In this document: positions 51,327 to 64,000 of the stretch, piece by piece
Layout of the letters: the number at the start of each line of letters is the position of its first letter
Position numbering within the stretch: the stretch's first letter is position 1
Assembly (NCBI GenBank): GCA_951406725.2
Contig: OX597833.1
Span: 42,470,001-42,534,000, forward strand
Direction: 5' to 3'
DNA: 64,000 nucleotides
Origin: Octopus vulgaris
Taxonomy: Eukaryota
Made by a program: the position numbers and the translations under genes
The notes under the pieces: generated by a model
The model's input: only the letters and a program-made list of their open reading frames with translations
Database searches by the model: none
Told to the model about the DNA's origin: nothing

Positions 51327-53094
51327 GTAAGTGTATCAGTCTTTTTGCTTCCTTGTTTGTTGTATTGACCCTTTTTTCCTAGCTTGTTGAATCCCTCTGA
51401 CCCATGAGCCAAAACAGTAAGGGTGCTGTTATGTAATTACCTGATTTACTCCTTGTATCAGCAAGCAAAGCTCCTTGCTTTAAACTTTGAATCACACACA
51501 TGCCAGTGACAAAGTTATTATGCAGTCACTAAACCTATTAGATTTATCCATTAAGCTTTCCTTAAAACATTTATATCTTTAAATGCAATGAGAGGTGGGG
51601 TTGCTTTTACTTGACCTGCTTAATTGAACAACAAAATCTCCTTCAGTAATTTTCCTGCTGTCTTCAAAATACAGAGGCTACATGAGTTAGTGAGAGAGTT
51701 TGTATGTAATAGTTAAGACTTACTCCACACAACTGCTAAATCTGTCTCTGCTGTTTTAAAACAAAGGACATATGAACAACTAAGGCTCATATGAATTTTG
51801 GACCCAGGTCAGCCTTGATTGAACTAATTTATGATAAAGATAATTCCAGCTGTGACCAACTGCTCTTTCTTCAAGACACAGTGAACTCCTGATGACATTA
51901 TCCAACATATCCTTTTTTTCTAAGATGGTAGGGTGTGATCTGAGGGAAACTTGGTTGCTTTTTCTTTTGCTCAAGCTATTTAATTGCTTGATTTATTTAA
52001 TGTAACAACCATAGTATGACTGTCTCTGCCGCATTGATTGGGTTCCTACAGCCAGTCCTCGTCATCACCTGAATCTCCAGTCCCTCCCTTCGGTGCTTCT
52101 GCAACGGCGCTTAAGGTGGTTCGGTAATGCGGCCCGGTGTCCAGAGGGTGAACTGATTCACGATGTCCTCCTCCCACCTCCACTTCCCAACTGGCGCAAA
52201 CGCATGAGCGGGCAGTCTAATGGCTGAAACAAAACAAGTAAAAGACTCTATCCACTACAGTATTTCCCACTATCATACAACATGACACTGAAGCAAAATC
52301 TTTTTCAAATTATACCTGACCATCTAAAAAAAGGACACATTAGACCAGTCATTCTCGACTGGGGTCCTTATGGCCTTTGGGGGATCCACATAAGATTTGT
52401 TGTTAAAATTTGTCTGCAATAAATTGGTTATACTTTTACAATATACAAAATATTTCAAAGTTTTTTTTAATACAATTCTTAATAATTTTTCATTCTAAAA
52501 AAATATTTGATTTATTTTAAACATCAAATGGCTAGGAGGGTCCATCCGAGTAAAATTGTAAAATAAGTGGCACATCTGTGTCGGTGGCACGTAAAAAGCA
52601 CCTACTACACTCACGGAGTGGTTGGCGTTAGGAAGGGCATCCAGCCGTAGAAACATTGCCAGATCAGACTGGGCCTGGTGCAGCCTTCTGGCTTCCCAGA
52701 CCCCAGTTGAACCGTCCAACCCATGCTAGCATGGAAAGCGGATGCTAAACGATGATGATGATGATGATGATGAATCAAAGGATTCCATAAGTAAAACAAA
52801 ATTGTTGAGTAACATTGCATTACACAATAGTGTATGGTCTGCAAAAATGGAAGGAATTATTATAATGCCATTGATCATAGGTCTCCTTGGTTAGAGAAGA
52901 CCTGAATTTATACAGCAACATCACTTTGTTGCATACTACATACTACATCACACTGAATCCTGTCAGACTACACTATCAATACAAACCACATAATATACCA
53001 GACTACCATATACTAATATAAAACTGAACTACTTTTCATTGTATTATATCATATAATATTACCTTCATTTTCTCTCCCTTTTTCTCTGTTTCAG

Positions 53095-53213
53095 GCAATT
53101 ATTGTTATCTAACCTGCTACGTCTGTGTAATACTCAGACCAAAATCTTTCCTGACATTCTCACCGATTACCAACTTGTCAAGAGCTCTTTTCTTCGTAGC
53201 CACATAACATATG
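53095..53213 (+). CDS. MRPL37: mL37 coding exon 5 of 8
   Basis: Long pyrimidine tract plus ttcag; (S)QLLLSNLLRLCNTQTKIFPDILTDYQLVKSSFLRSHITY; GTATGT donor, phase 1. Confidence 0.9.
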
Positions 53214-55549
53214 GTATGTAATACTTTTAATGTGTTGTATATGTATGTGTAAATGTCAGCCTGCACGTACTCACACACACACACATGTATGTATGTATCT
53301 GTGTATATGTATGTACATTTTTATACCTGTGTATATGTAAGTATATGTGTACATGTATGTGTGTACATATTGTACATGTTGGTATATTTGTACATGTATG
53401 TGTGTTCTTTTATTCTTTTACTAGTTTCAGGCATTTGACTGTGGCCATGCTGGAGTACCACCTTTAGTCAAACAAACTGACCCCAGGACTTATTCTTTGT
53501 AAGCCTACTACTTATTCTGTTGGTCTCTTGCTGAACTGTTAAGTTACGGGGATGTAAACACACCAGCATTGGTTGTCAAGCGATGGTGGAGGGACAAACA
53601 CAGACACAAAAATGCATACACTCACACACACATACATATATACATATGACAGGCTTCTTTCACTTTCCATCTACCAAATCCACTCATAAGGCTTTGGTCA
53701 ACCCAAGGCTTTAGTAGAAGACATTAACTCAAGGTGCCATGCAGTGTGAATGAATCCAGAACCATGTGGTTGGGAAGCCAGCTTCTTACCACACAGCCAC
53801 TCCTGTATAAATGTCTACATGTAATATATATTTATAATTGTATGTATACATGTGTGTATATGTGTACATGTACCCCATATATATGTGTATTTGTACATAT
53901 ATGTATATATTTGTTTATGTATATATATATACACACACACACACGCACATATATATATATATATATATATATACAAATACATACATGTATGTAGACGTGT
54001 GTACAAGTATGTAGGTACATGTATCTCATGTGAATGTGCTTGACTCAGTGGTTAGACTATCATGAGGTTGTGAGTCTGATTCCCAGACCAGGCTCTGTGT
54101 TGTGTTTTTGATCAAGACACTTTATTTCACATTGCTCCAGTTCACTCAACTGTAGAAATGAGTTGCAACATCACTGGTACCAAGCTGTATCAGCCTTTGC
54201 CTTTCCCTTAGATAACACAGGTGGTGTGGAGAGGGGAGGCTGGTATGCATGGGTAACTGCTGGCCTTCCATAAACAACCTTGTGCCTTGGAGGGGAACTT
54301 TCTAGGAGTGTCCCATGGTCATTCATGATCGAAGGGGGTCTTTATTTCATTTGAGATTCTCATATTGTTGTTGTCAAATGAATGTACAAATGGATAAAAA
54401 TCAGTGCCCTTTTTCCATCCAGAACTAGTTGAAGCATCACTTTTTCTGTACTCTCTAGAACAGTGGTTCTCGACTGGGGCTCATATGACCCTTGGGGTCT
54501 ATAAAGGATTTCATTGTCAAAATTTATGTGCAGTAAAATGTCAGGTGTAGGATTGGCTGTGTGGTAAGTAGCTTGCTTACCAACCATATGGTTCCAGGTT
54601 CAGTCCCACTGCGTGGCACCTTGGGCAAGTGTCTTCTACTATAGCCTCGGGCCGACCAAAGACTTGTGAGTGGATTTGGTAGACGGAAACTGAAAGAAGC
54701 CTGTCGTATATATGATTATCTATATATATGTATGTTTGTGTGTCTGTGTTTGTCACCTCAACATTGCTTGACAACCGATGCTGGTGTATTTATGTCTCTG
54801 TAACTTAGTGGTTCGGCAAAGAGACTGATAGAATAAGTACTAGGCTTACAAAGAATAAGTCCCAGGGTCAATTTGCTTGACTAAAGGCGGTGCTCCAGCA
54901 TGGCCACAGTTAGATGACTGAAACAAGTAAAAGAGTAAAAGAGTAAATTGGTTTTACTTTTACAATACACCAAATATTTTTTTATACAATTCCTAATAAT
55001 ATCTAATTATAAAAATATAATATGATCTTTTTAAACCTGGAATGGCTATGAGGGTCCATCCAAGTAAAATAGGAATCAAAGGAGTCCATAGGTAAAAAAA
55101 TTGGTTGATAACATTATCATCATCTCTCCCCCATCTGGTGATGAAGGAAAGTGAGGAGAGACTTTTATCAGTGCATGCATTTTCCATTTACAACTTGATT
55201 CCTCCAATTGTTAAGGGCTACTTATACTTAGGTGCATTTGATGAAGTAGCTGTTCTGGCATCAATTCATGTAAAATGTTTGAAACATCAATTGATAATGT
55301 CTGCTGTTTAAGAGTTAGTTAACAATTCAAAATTATTCCATCCATCTTTACATTTATAGTTTGAATTCTGCTAAGGTCAGTTTTGCCTTCTATCCGCTTG
55401 GGGGTTGATAAAATAAGTACCAGTTGAGCATTGGGTTCAATGTAATTGACCTACCCCTGCCTATGTAATTGCTGGCCTTGTACCAGAATTTGAAACCATT
55501 TTAACTTGACATAAAAACAAACATTAATATATACATATATATTTTCTGC

Positions 55550-56445
55550 TGGATGTGTAATGTCAGCGTGCATACAGAACAAAGTGAGAAAAAAGTGGGA
55601 CATAAGAAGCATCAGTCGTGGTGTGCAAGAGAAATGACTGCACTGATATGATTACACTCTAACAGTGGAGAGAACCTGTTGCACCTAGGAAGACATGGGA
55701 TGAGGTGGTGAAGCATGACCTTCAAATGTTGGGCCTTACAGAGACAATGACAAGCAATGGAGACCATTGGAGGTATGCCGTGCTTGACAAGACTTGGCAA
55801 GCTAAGTGAGATAGTAGTCATGGCTGATTTTAGTGTTGCATAACTGGCCCATTTAAAAGCACCTTTCAATCATTGGGCAATTTGTTGCGCTTGTGATGAC
55901 CTGTTGAACTGAGTGAAATCGTAGTCATGGCCGATGTCAGTGACACCTGACTGGCACCCATCCTGCTGACACATAAAAAGCACCATTTGGGCGTGGCCAA
56001 TGCCAGTGTTGCCTGACTGGCCCCATGCCAGTGGCATGTAAAAAGCACCATTTGGGTGTGGTTGATGACATTGCCGCCTGACTGGCTCCCATGCTGGTGG
56101 CACGTAAAAAGCACATTTGAGAGTGGCTGATGCCAGTGCCACTTGACTGACACTGTGCCGTGGTGCATAAAAAGCACCATTCAAGCATGACCAATGCCAG
56201 TGGCATGTAAAAAGCACAATTTGAGTGTGGCCAATGCCAGTGCCACCTGACTGGCTCCTGTGGTGGTAGCATGTAAAAGCACCCACTACACTCTCGGAGT
56301 GGTTAGCATTAGGAAGGACATCTAGCTGTAGAAATCTTGCTAAATCAGATTGGAGCCTGGTGCAGTCTCCTGGCTTGTCAGTTCTCAGTCAAACTGTCCA
56401 ACCCATACCAACATGGAAAGCAGACGTTAAACGATGATGATGATA
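55550..56445 (+). mobile_element. RTE LINE 3' end with a tandem-repeat 3' UTR and (GAT)n tail
   Basis: PRKTWDEVVKHDL...WRYAV, then about six aaaagcac-anchored units and the tail ccaacccat...gacgttaaacgatgatgat. Tail-only copies at 47190-47370 (-), 52575-52772, 60543-60697 and 62260-62590. Confidence 0.8.
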
Positions 56446-56771
56446 TGCTTATATATATATATATATATATACTACAAAATTAGAGAATGGAGAAACATAC
56501 TTAAATCAATAAAACATCAACTATCCGATGATACCCAATCTGGCAGTATATTGGATATATATTATCCCATGGTGGGTTGAATTTTCAACCCCTATCTCAT
56601 TTTATATATATATATATAAATTTAAAAGAAGTAATTTAAAATTTAAAAGTAAGTGGAGATGAGGAAGTTAATAATTGCCTATTATTGTTGTTTTTGTTAT
56701 TGTGGATTGGAGCATAATGGAAGGAATGGTAGGCTTTTGTTGTTGATGTTATTGTTTCAATATCTTCCTAG

Positions 56772-56957
56772 ATAACAAACTCATCCAAATAGTTGGTAAC
56801 AGTGAAGCCCTGCTGCTCTCTAAACAGCCATTGCCGAATTTTGCCTCCAATGACGTTATTGAAGCCAGTGCAAATGCTGCTCTTCCGGACATCTATCCAG
56901 TCTCTCCAATGATTGACATTCCTAAGATGCACATCTACAGAACTGATGAAACCAGTG
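56772..56957 (+). CDS. MRPL37: mL37 coding exon 6 of 8
   Basis: ttcctag acceptor; (D)NKLIQIVGNSEALLLSKQPLPNFAS...LPDIYPVSPMIDIPKMHIYRTDETS carries the YP.SP.ID motif; GTAAGA donor, phase 1. Confidence 0.93.
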
Positions 56958-57199
56958 GTAAGACCTTTTCAGTGTGGATGTGTATGTGAGTATAAGTGTG
57001 TGTGTGTGTGATTTGATGCTAGTATTGCTCTCATGGCAAACAAAGAGACTTCATTCTGGCCAGCCAATGGAATAAATAGCTTGTTATGATGTATCATTCA
57101 ATATATAATAATTAGTAACCTCAAATTAATCTCAGAGATAGAAGATAAACTGGAGGAGGAAAGTGTAGAAGTTAAAGATCTCTCTGTCATTTGTAACTT

Positions 57200-58920
57200 T
57201 CAAGAAGTTGTCATTCCTATGATGAAAGAGAGGAGGAAAAAGAAGACAACTGGTTGCTCCTTTGAGCCATGTCTAAATTCTTGGTTAGAACAAAGTTCCA
57301 ATCCCAATGTGTCAGAGGGTGTCATGGTGGCGGAATAGTAAAAAAAGAAGCTAAGAGACAGACCTGGAAAGTCTGGACCCAAAGGAAGCAGCAAGAAATG
57401 ATGTCACATAGCTAGAAGAGAAGCTATATGACAAGTATGTCTGAAAAGGAGAGAAACTGAAAGTAAGAGACTTGCCAGTGTTTCATGGGATGAAGATAAG
57501 AAGTGTGAGATGCTCCAGATTGCAAGGTAATGTATCAGTGTCATCAGCAAAAAGTTCATGCGGAATGATTGTGGCACACTCCCCATCACTGACAGTGAGA
57601 AGACAGAAGCATAGAAACAACACAAGTGATTGTTGAATTAGGATTTAAAAAAACATTGACAAAAACCAGGGTTATCCTCTCATTTGGATAGAGCTGAGAG
57701 ACAAGTTACTGAGGTTTATTGCTGTACTGTAAAAAGAGTATTAAATATATAAAGGCAGTGAAAGCAAATTGACCATTAGGAATGGTTTCTGAGATGCTGA
57801 AAATATCCACTGAGGTAGGGCATGCATTGTTTACTTGCATAATCAATCAGAGAAGAAAGACATTGTCCCCACTGATGTGTGTAGCAGAATCATCTCTGAC
57901 TACTACAAGAGCAAAGGAGATGCTTTAGAAAGGAAGAACTACAGAGACCTTAAATTTATAGACCAAGTCATGAAAATAACAGAGTGAGTTATAAAAGATA
58001 TAGTACTGCTATTTAGGGAGAAAAAAATTGCATAAGATGAAATGTAATTTGTGCTTGTACCAGGGTAGTGGAGGCACGTGGTTTAGTGATTAGGGTATTG
58101 GACTCGTGATCATAAGATTGTGGTTTCAATTCCTGGACCGAGTGACACGTTGTATTCTTGAGCAAAACACTTCATTTCAAGTTGCTCCAGTCCATTCAGC
58201 TTGTAAAAATGAGTAATTCTGTGACAGACCAGTCTCTTGTCCAGGAGGGGAATTTATACATCATGAAACCGGGAAACTGGCTCTTATGAGTTGGCATGAC
58301 CCAAGAAGGTTGGTACTTTTTTGTACTAGGATATGGAAGACTATTTCCTTCATTTTAGCGACACCGCTACAAGAGAAATTCTTAGCTAAAGCAAAAACAT
58401 TCTTGGCATTCATTGACTTGGAGAAAGCTTTTGAAAATGTATTTTATTCTGTATTTGATGTTCTAAGAAAATTGAGAGGGAAAAGGACAGTTTGAACTGT
58501 GAAAGAAATGTAGATGTGTATTGTCAGCAGTGTGAAAGTTAGTTACAAACTCAGTCAGGAATTTAACTTGTAGTTTGGTGTCAATAATAGCTCAGTTCTC
58601 AGTCTCTTCTTATCAATTATAATTCTCTTGGATATAACACAAGTGTTCAAGGCTAGCAATTTGTGAGAACTGTATGTTGGTGACCTAGTTTACATAACCA
58701 AATTACTTGAAGTATTAGATGGAAAATTCTAAACATAGAAGCAGTGTTTAGAAACTAGAGGCCTAAAGGTCAGTTGGAAAAGACAAAACTTAGCAGATAA
58801 CAGAACACTACTCCCTCCTGGGAAGAAGTTATACTCAATATGCACAAGAGAAGTTGGTAGGAACTTTATTCTGTGTACTCAGTGTAAATCATGGGAACAT
58901 GGAAAGGGCATTTGGATGAG
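57200..58920 (+). mobile_element. Heavily decayed RTE-like LINE with a nested SINE (about 58069-58310)
   Basis: YKSKGDALERKNYRDLKF.DQVMK and QEKFLAKAK.FLAFIDLEKAF motifs. Confidence 0.75.
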
Positions 58921-59010
58921 AAATGAGTGTGTGTATACATATATGTATGTATATTTTGAGAATATTCACCCACTACCTTCAACATCATTATGTTTTTTTT
59001 TTATGTGCAG

Positions 59011-59162
59011 GTTTCCACAGCGGAGAATCTAATGACCTCCAGTATTACCCCCACACTCTGTTCATCACATACAACAATAGATGGAATTGTAGCCAAAACT
59101 GTGCCCGCTCTTTGCTCTATTTGACTGGCTATGCTGTTAATGAAGCAAAACGACGATTTGGG
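59011..59162 (+). CDS. MRPL37: mL37 coding exon 7 of 8
   Basis: gtgcag acceptor; (G)FHSGESNDLQYYPHTLFITYNNRWNCSQNCARSLLYLTGYAVNEAKRRFG carries YPHTL; GTAAGT donor, phase 0. Confidence 0.93.
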
Positions 59163-59504
59163 GTAAGTGCTTTCACCCAATCTTTTTTGTATACAAGTAT
59201 CTCTATGTATCTAATAAAATCTTATTAGACATTATAAACACTAGTTTGAAATGGAGAAGCAAGATAAGTTATAACTGCTTAGATAGCTATTATGTTCTAT
59301 GTTTTACTTGTTTCAGTCACTAGACTGTGGCCATGATGGGGCACCATCTTGAAAAATTTTTAGTTGAACAAATCAACTCCAATACTTATTTTCTTTTTAA
59401 GCCTTGTACTCATTCTATTGATCTCTTTTGCCAAACTGCTAAGTTACAGGGATTTAAACACACCAACACCAGTTGTCACTTGGTGATGGGGAACTGACAC
59501 AAAC

Positions 59505-59536
<32 letters not shown>

Positions 59537-60766
59537 TTATTATTTGAGGGAATAAAATCCAAACTTACAAGGAAAAAAATTCAATTTAGAATTACCAAAT
59601 CAAATTTCACACAATATAATATATATATAAAAAATTAGAAAAAAAACACCTTTTATATAATCATTTTTTAAATATAGCCATGAAACATGGGTTGTTTTTC
59701 TACCTATTATATACGCTTTTATTATTATTTTTTGCAATTTACTTAATCTTTACATTTTATTGTTATTTTAATTTTAATTTTTTAGATGGTGTAATTTAAT
59801 TGTTCATTTTGAATTGATAAAAGGTGTTTTTTTTCTAATTTTTTATATATATATGTAGTCTAAGGTTATAGTTGAAGACACTTGCCCAAGGTGCCATGCA
59901 GTGGGACTGAACCCATAACCATGTTGTTGGGAAGCATGGTTCTTACTAAAAGGTTATGCCTGCTCCTGTTATATATATACTTAAATGTAACATCTTGCCC
60001 CCCCCTCCTTAATTTGATACTTACATCAAAAAATAACTCTATGAATCAAATTATGAGTAAGTCTCCTTGTCTTAACATTGTTACCACACTGGGTGAGATG
60101 CTTAGCAGCATTTTAATCCGTCTTCATATTCTGAGTTCAAATGCTGCTGAGGTTGACTTTGCTTTTCATCCTTTCGGGGGTTAGTAAAATAAATACCAGT
60201 CAAATACTGGGGTCGATGTAATTGACTAGCCCCCTCCTCCAGAATTTCAGGTCTTGTGCCTGTTGTAAAAAGGAGTATTATTATTATTATTATTACTATT
60301 ATCATCATTATTATTATTAAGGTAGTGAGCTGGCAGAATTGTTATTACGCTGGGCAAAATGCTTAGCAGTGTTTTGTCTGTCTTTACATTTCAACTGCTG
60401 AAGATGACTTTGCTTTTCATCCTGTTGGGATTGATAAAATAAGTACCAGCTGAACACGGGGAGGTGGGGTCAATTTAATCCATTAACCCCTCCTCCAAAA
60501 TTGCTGGCTTTGTGCTAAAATTTGAAATCAGTATTATTGTCAGGAGTGGTTGGCGTTAGGAAGGGCATCCAGCTGTAGAAACACTGCCAGATCAGACTGG
60601 GCCTGGCGCAGCCTTCTGGCTTCCCAGACCCCAGTTGAACCGTCCAACCCATGCTAGCATGGAAAACGGACGTTAAACGATGATGATGATGATGATGTAT
60701 TGGTTTTATTATATTATGTATATTTTATTAACATTTATTTTTTTTTACTCTTGTTTGTGTTTGCAG

Positions 60767-61051
60767 GCGAATGTTCGACAGTTACCTGAGCCAATCAATT
60801 TGCAGTGTGTTAATATGAATGACTCCACCTTTAATTTTCTCTTTCTCCAACTGAACACACTAGACTTCCAAACTGCTGATGGCGTTAAGAACTTGCTGTG
60901 GTGTGACCCACACAATCTTTTGTTCTATAAAAAATTTCGGCAACCTTGGCTGGGTAAGTCTAGCCGTAAAAACAAATACCTTGACTATAATGCTGAAGTC
61001 TTTCAGAAATTCCTCGCTGTGTATCTCAATGGAATGCAACAGAATGTTTGA
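60767..61051 (+). CDS. MRPL37: mL37 coding exon 8 of 8 (stop)
   Basis: ttgcag acceptor; ANVRQLPEPINLQCV...FLFLQLNTLDFQTADGVKNLLWCD...FQKFLAVYLNGMQQNV* carries the QLNT.D....GVKN..W.D and KFLA.YL motifs. The joined CDS is 1260 nt (419 aa). Confidence 0.95.
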   Translation, partial: ANVRQLPEPINLQCVNMNDSTFNFLFLQLNTLDFQTADGVKNLLWCDPHNLLFYKKFRQPWLGKSSRKNKYLDYNAEVFQKFLAVYLNGMQQNV

Positions 61052-64000
61052 ACAAGCTTGAGTACTGTTTGTAACTAAGTGCTCGCTCTTTCTTGTCAAG
61101 TTTGGACTGCCTTGCCTTATTATTCTATGCTGTTCTGTTGATGACTGACACTTTTCCATACCTTCCACCACAATATTCAAGAAAGTAGAAGCAAGATGAG
61201 AGGATGGTGGCAGAGGTTCGTTTTTGAAGCAACGAAAGAGATTTTAAACCAGATGTTAGAAAATACATTAAACAGACTATAAGCTTTTATACTATTAACC
61301 TTACTGTTAGAGATGAGGTTTTAAAAGTAATTATATTTACAATTTGATTGGTTTAATCTCTGATTGCCAACTGCTGTCTTAGTTTTGAATGTGTACATAG
61401 TCAAGATTAAGACTGAATTTGAGTTAAGAGCCTCAGTTTCTAAATTAGTTGGTATTCATTTATAACACACTTGATGATGGTCAAATATCAACAAAATCAA
61501 AATGTAGTGTAGATGTGAATATGAAAAATCACAACTCATTTCATCATCATCATCAACATTTAACATCTATTTTATAGGCTGGTGTTAAGAAATTATTGGA
61601 AATGTTAAAAAGCAGTCAAATATGTGACAATATGTTAAATACGTGTTATAAAAAAGGGTTTTGAAATCATTGCAAAAATGTGGAACAAATGTTTGAAAAA
61701 CATGAAATGCTTTTACAAGGATGTGAAGCTGATGCTTGCCAGAGATATTGAATAAGGATTTGGAAAAGATGCTCTACAGCTGTTTCTAAGCAGACAATGA
61801 AACATTAAACAGAGATCAAGTTTCTTCAACAGATGCATATTTTCATATTACATGAAAGAGGCAGTTAATAGAGTTGACTTTTTGTTCCTTTTTTTTTTTT
61901 TTAGAATAAATTAATTAGATTAAAATATGAAGAAAAAACAACAAACATTATGAAAGTGGTTGTATTTCTCTTTTTATATAATAATTTTTCTTTCTAACTT
62001 CAACTTTGTATCTCTTATTGATTTATATCATGCTTGCATGGGTTAGTGGAGTCCTTTCCAACATTGTCTAGCCATTTGTTCTATTTTGTCATCACCTTTG
62101 TGAAGTTCAACATCCTGAGCTCAGCTTTTATCACTTCTATCAATGTTTCAGTTATCCTTAGTTATTCTGTAGCATGTCCTGGCTACTTCAATTATGTTAT
62201 TTGTCCATTTCTCCGCCACTAGTATGCTTACTCCATTTTTGATCAACATCAATGGAAATTGCAGCTGTGATACCAGTGCCGGTGGTACATAAGAGAACCA
62301 TCCGAACGTGGCTGTTGCCAGCGCCGCCCCGACTGGCCTTGTGCCGGTGGCACGTAAAAAGCACCATCCAATCGTGGCCGTTTGCCAGCCTCGTCTGGCA
62401 CCTGTGCTGGTGGCACTTAAAAAGCACCCACTACACTCACGGAGTGGTTGGCGTTAGGAAGGGCATCCAGCCATAGAAACATAGCCAGATCAGACTGGGC
62501 CTGGTGCAGCCTTCTGGCTTCCCAAACCCCAGTTGAATCGTCCAACCCATGCTAGCATGGAAAGCGGATGCTAAACGATGATGATGATGATTGTTCCTTA
62601 CCCAGAATTTGTACCTGTGTTCTCTCTGTTATGTTCAGTTCCAGTCTTCTGTGAAAAAGCATCTGGTCTTGTGGAAATTTCACTTTACTTGGAAACAGGT
62701 GAGGGTTATAGAAAATCTGCATCAACAGATTATGTCTGAGACCCATGCATGGAAAAGTAGACACTATATGATGAATGATGAAACTTGAGAAAATCCTCAA
62801 TATTTTCTTTCCTGCTCATTCATATGTAAAATATAATGAAACTATTGGCATTTTTTCTTAAGTTGGCGCATAATAAGGTAATGACAATAATGATTTTTAA
62901 CAGTCTAGCAAAGAGCATATAGGATATATTTAGTATTCTTTAGTGGCTGCGGTCTGAAATCTTAAAAAGCTTCAGAACTCCTGTCTTAAGGTATCTGTTT
63001 ATAGCAAGAAGAGCTGAAAATTGATATTGCACAGCCCTTCATCACTACACACCATATGATTGTACAGGTTGTTTATAATCATTGTCATACAAAATCTTTT
63101 GATGTGACATACGGTCTTTCCAGTGACTCTATTGCCTTACAGTATCACACCACAGGTCTTCTCTACCTCCCACTGAAGGAAGTCTGCTATTTCTAACCTG
63201 TTGCCATCGTCATCAAATGGCCACATTCTTTGTTGGGGATGATTTTTGTAACATACTAGATGAGAAGAAGTTGCTGGTTCATTTATTTCTGGAGAAAAGA
63301 GACATTGTAAGTGGTCCTCTATGACCCTCCCACAGTGGGTTAAGCAAATCAGAGAGAGAGAAATCTGTCCTGCTACTGAACTTGTGCTTTATTTGGAAGT
63401 ATCAAAGGCAAAGTTGATTTTGGTAGGATTTGAACACAGAATGCAAAGAGCTGGAACAATTGCTACAAGGCATTTGTCTGATGCTCTAATAATTCTGTCA
63501 AACAGTCCAATATATATCACATCTCACTGTCTTAAAAAATAGGGTACATTGTATAATTTTAGACACATTATGTCTGAAATAAATTTAGGATAATCATGGC
63601 TGATATGTGGAGGCATGTAGCTTAGTGTTGGATTCATGATCGTAAGATTGTGGATTTGATTCCTGCACCAGGTGATGTTTCGTGTTCTTGAGCAAAACTC
63701 TTCATTTCAAATTGCTCCGGTCCACTCTGCTGGCAAAAACTGAGTAATCCTACGATGGATTGGCATCCCATCCAGTAGGGACTATATTATACACCACAGG
63801 ATCCGGGAAACCTGCCATATGAGTCAATATGATTTGGGAAGTGTCTCATGGCTGAGATGCTTTAATCATAGGTGTACTCATCTGGGTTGACTTGGGGGTA
63901 TACAGCAAACACTGACACTTGGTATAATGCAGCACATTTTCATGAATACTTAACTCGACCCCTTTTAATACCAATCCACCCCAGACTACCCATGGTTCTG

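Noticed and set aside
55960-56290. Repeat-spacer-like array anchored on aaaagcacca
   Set aside because: The intervening sequences are homologous to each other; this is a tandem-repeat LINE 3' UTR.

Overview
AT-rich, microsatellite-dense animal genomic DNA. The SINE families, the (TA)n/(TATG)n density and the intron sizes point to a cephalopod, most likely Octopus; this taxon call is recognition, not a search result. Two spliced + strand genes can be rebuilt with phase-consistent GT-AG junctions: a CTR1/SLC31A1-type copper transporter (4 coding exons, 2868-29794, 170 aa) and mitochondrial ribosomal protein mL37/MRPL37 (8 coding exons, 44360-61051, 419 aa). Most other sequence is transposon-derived: tRNA-derived SINEs, RTE, CR1, R4/Dong and CRE-like LINE fragments, Penelope-like elements, Tigger, mariner, Tc1 and Merlin remnants, MITEs and a solo LTR. 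The most notable signals are six minimal hammerhead-ribozyme motifs in Penelope-like termini inside the CTR1 introns, four of them as mirror pairs in long inverted repeats (one has 170-bp arms that appear perfect). Also notable are a double-hairpin element at 38.4-38.8 kb, an RTE LINE ending in three C2H2 fingers, SINE/LINE pairs sharing 3' ends, and a Merlin-type MITE beside a Merlin transposase fossil. Repeat boundaries are approximate unless a TSD or TIR is given.
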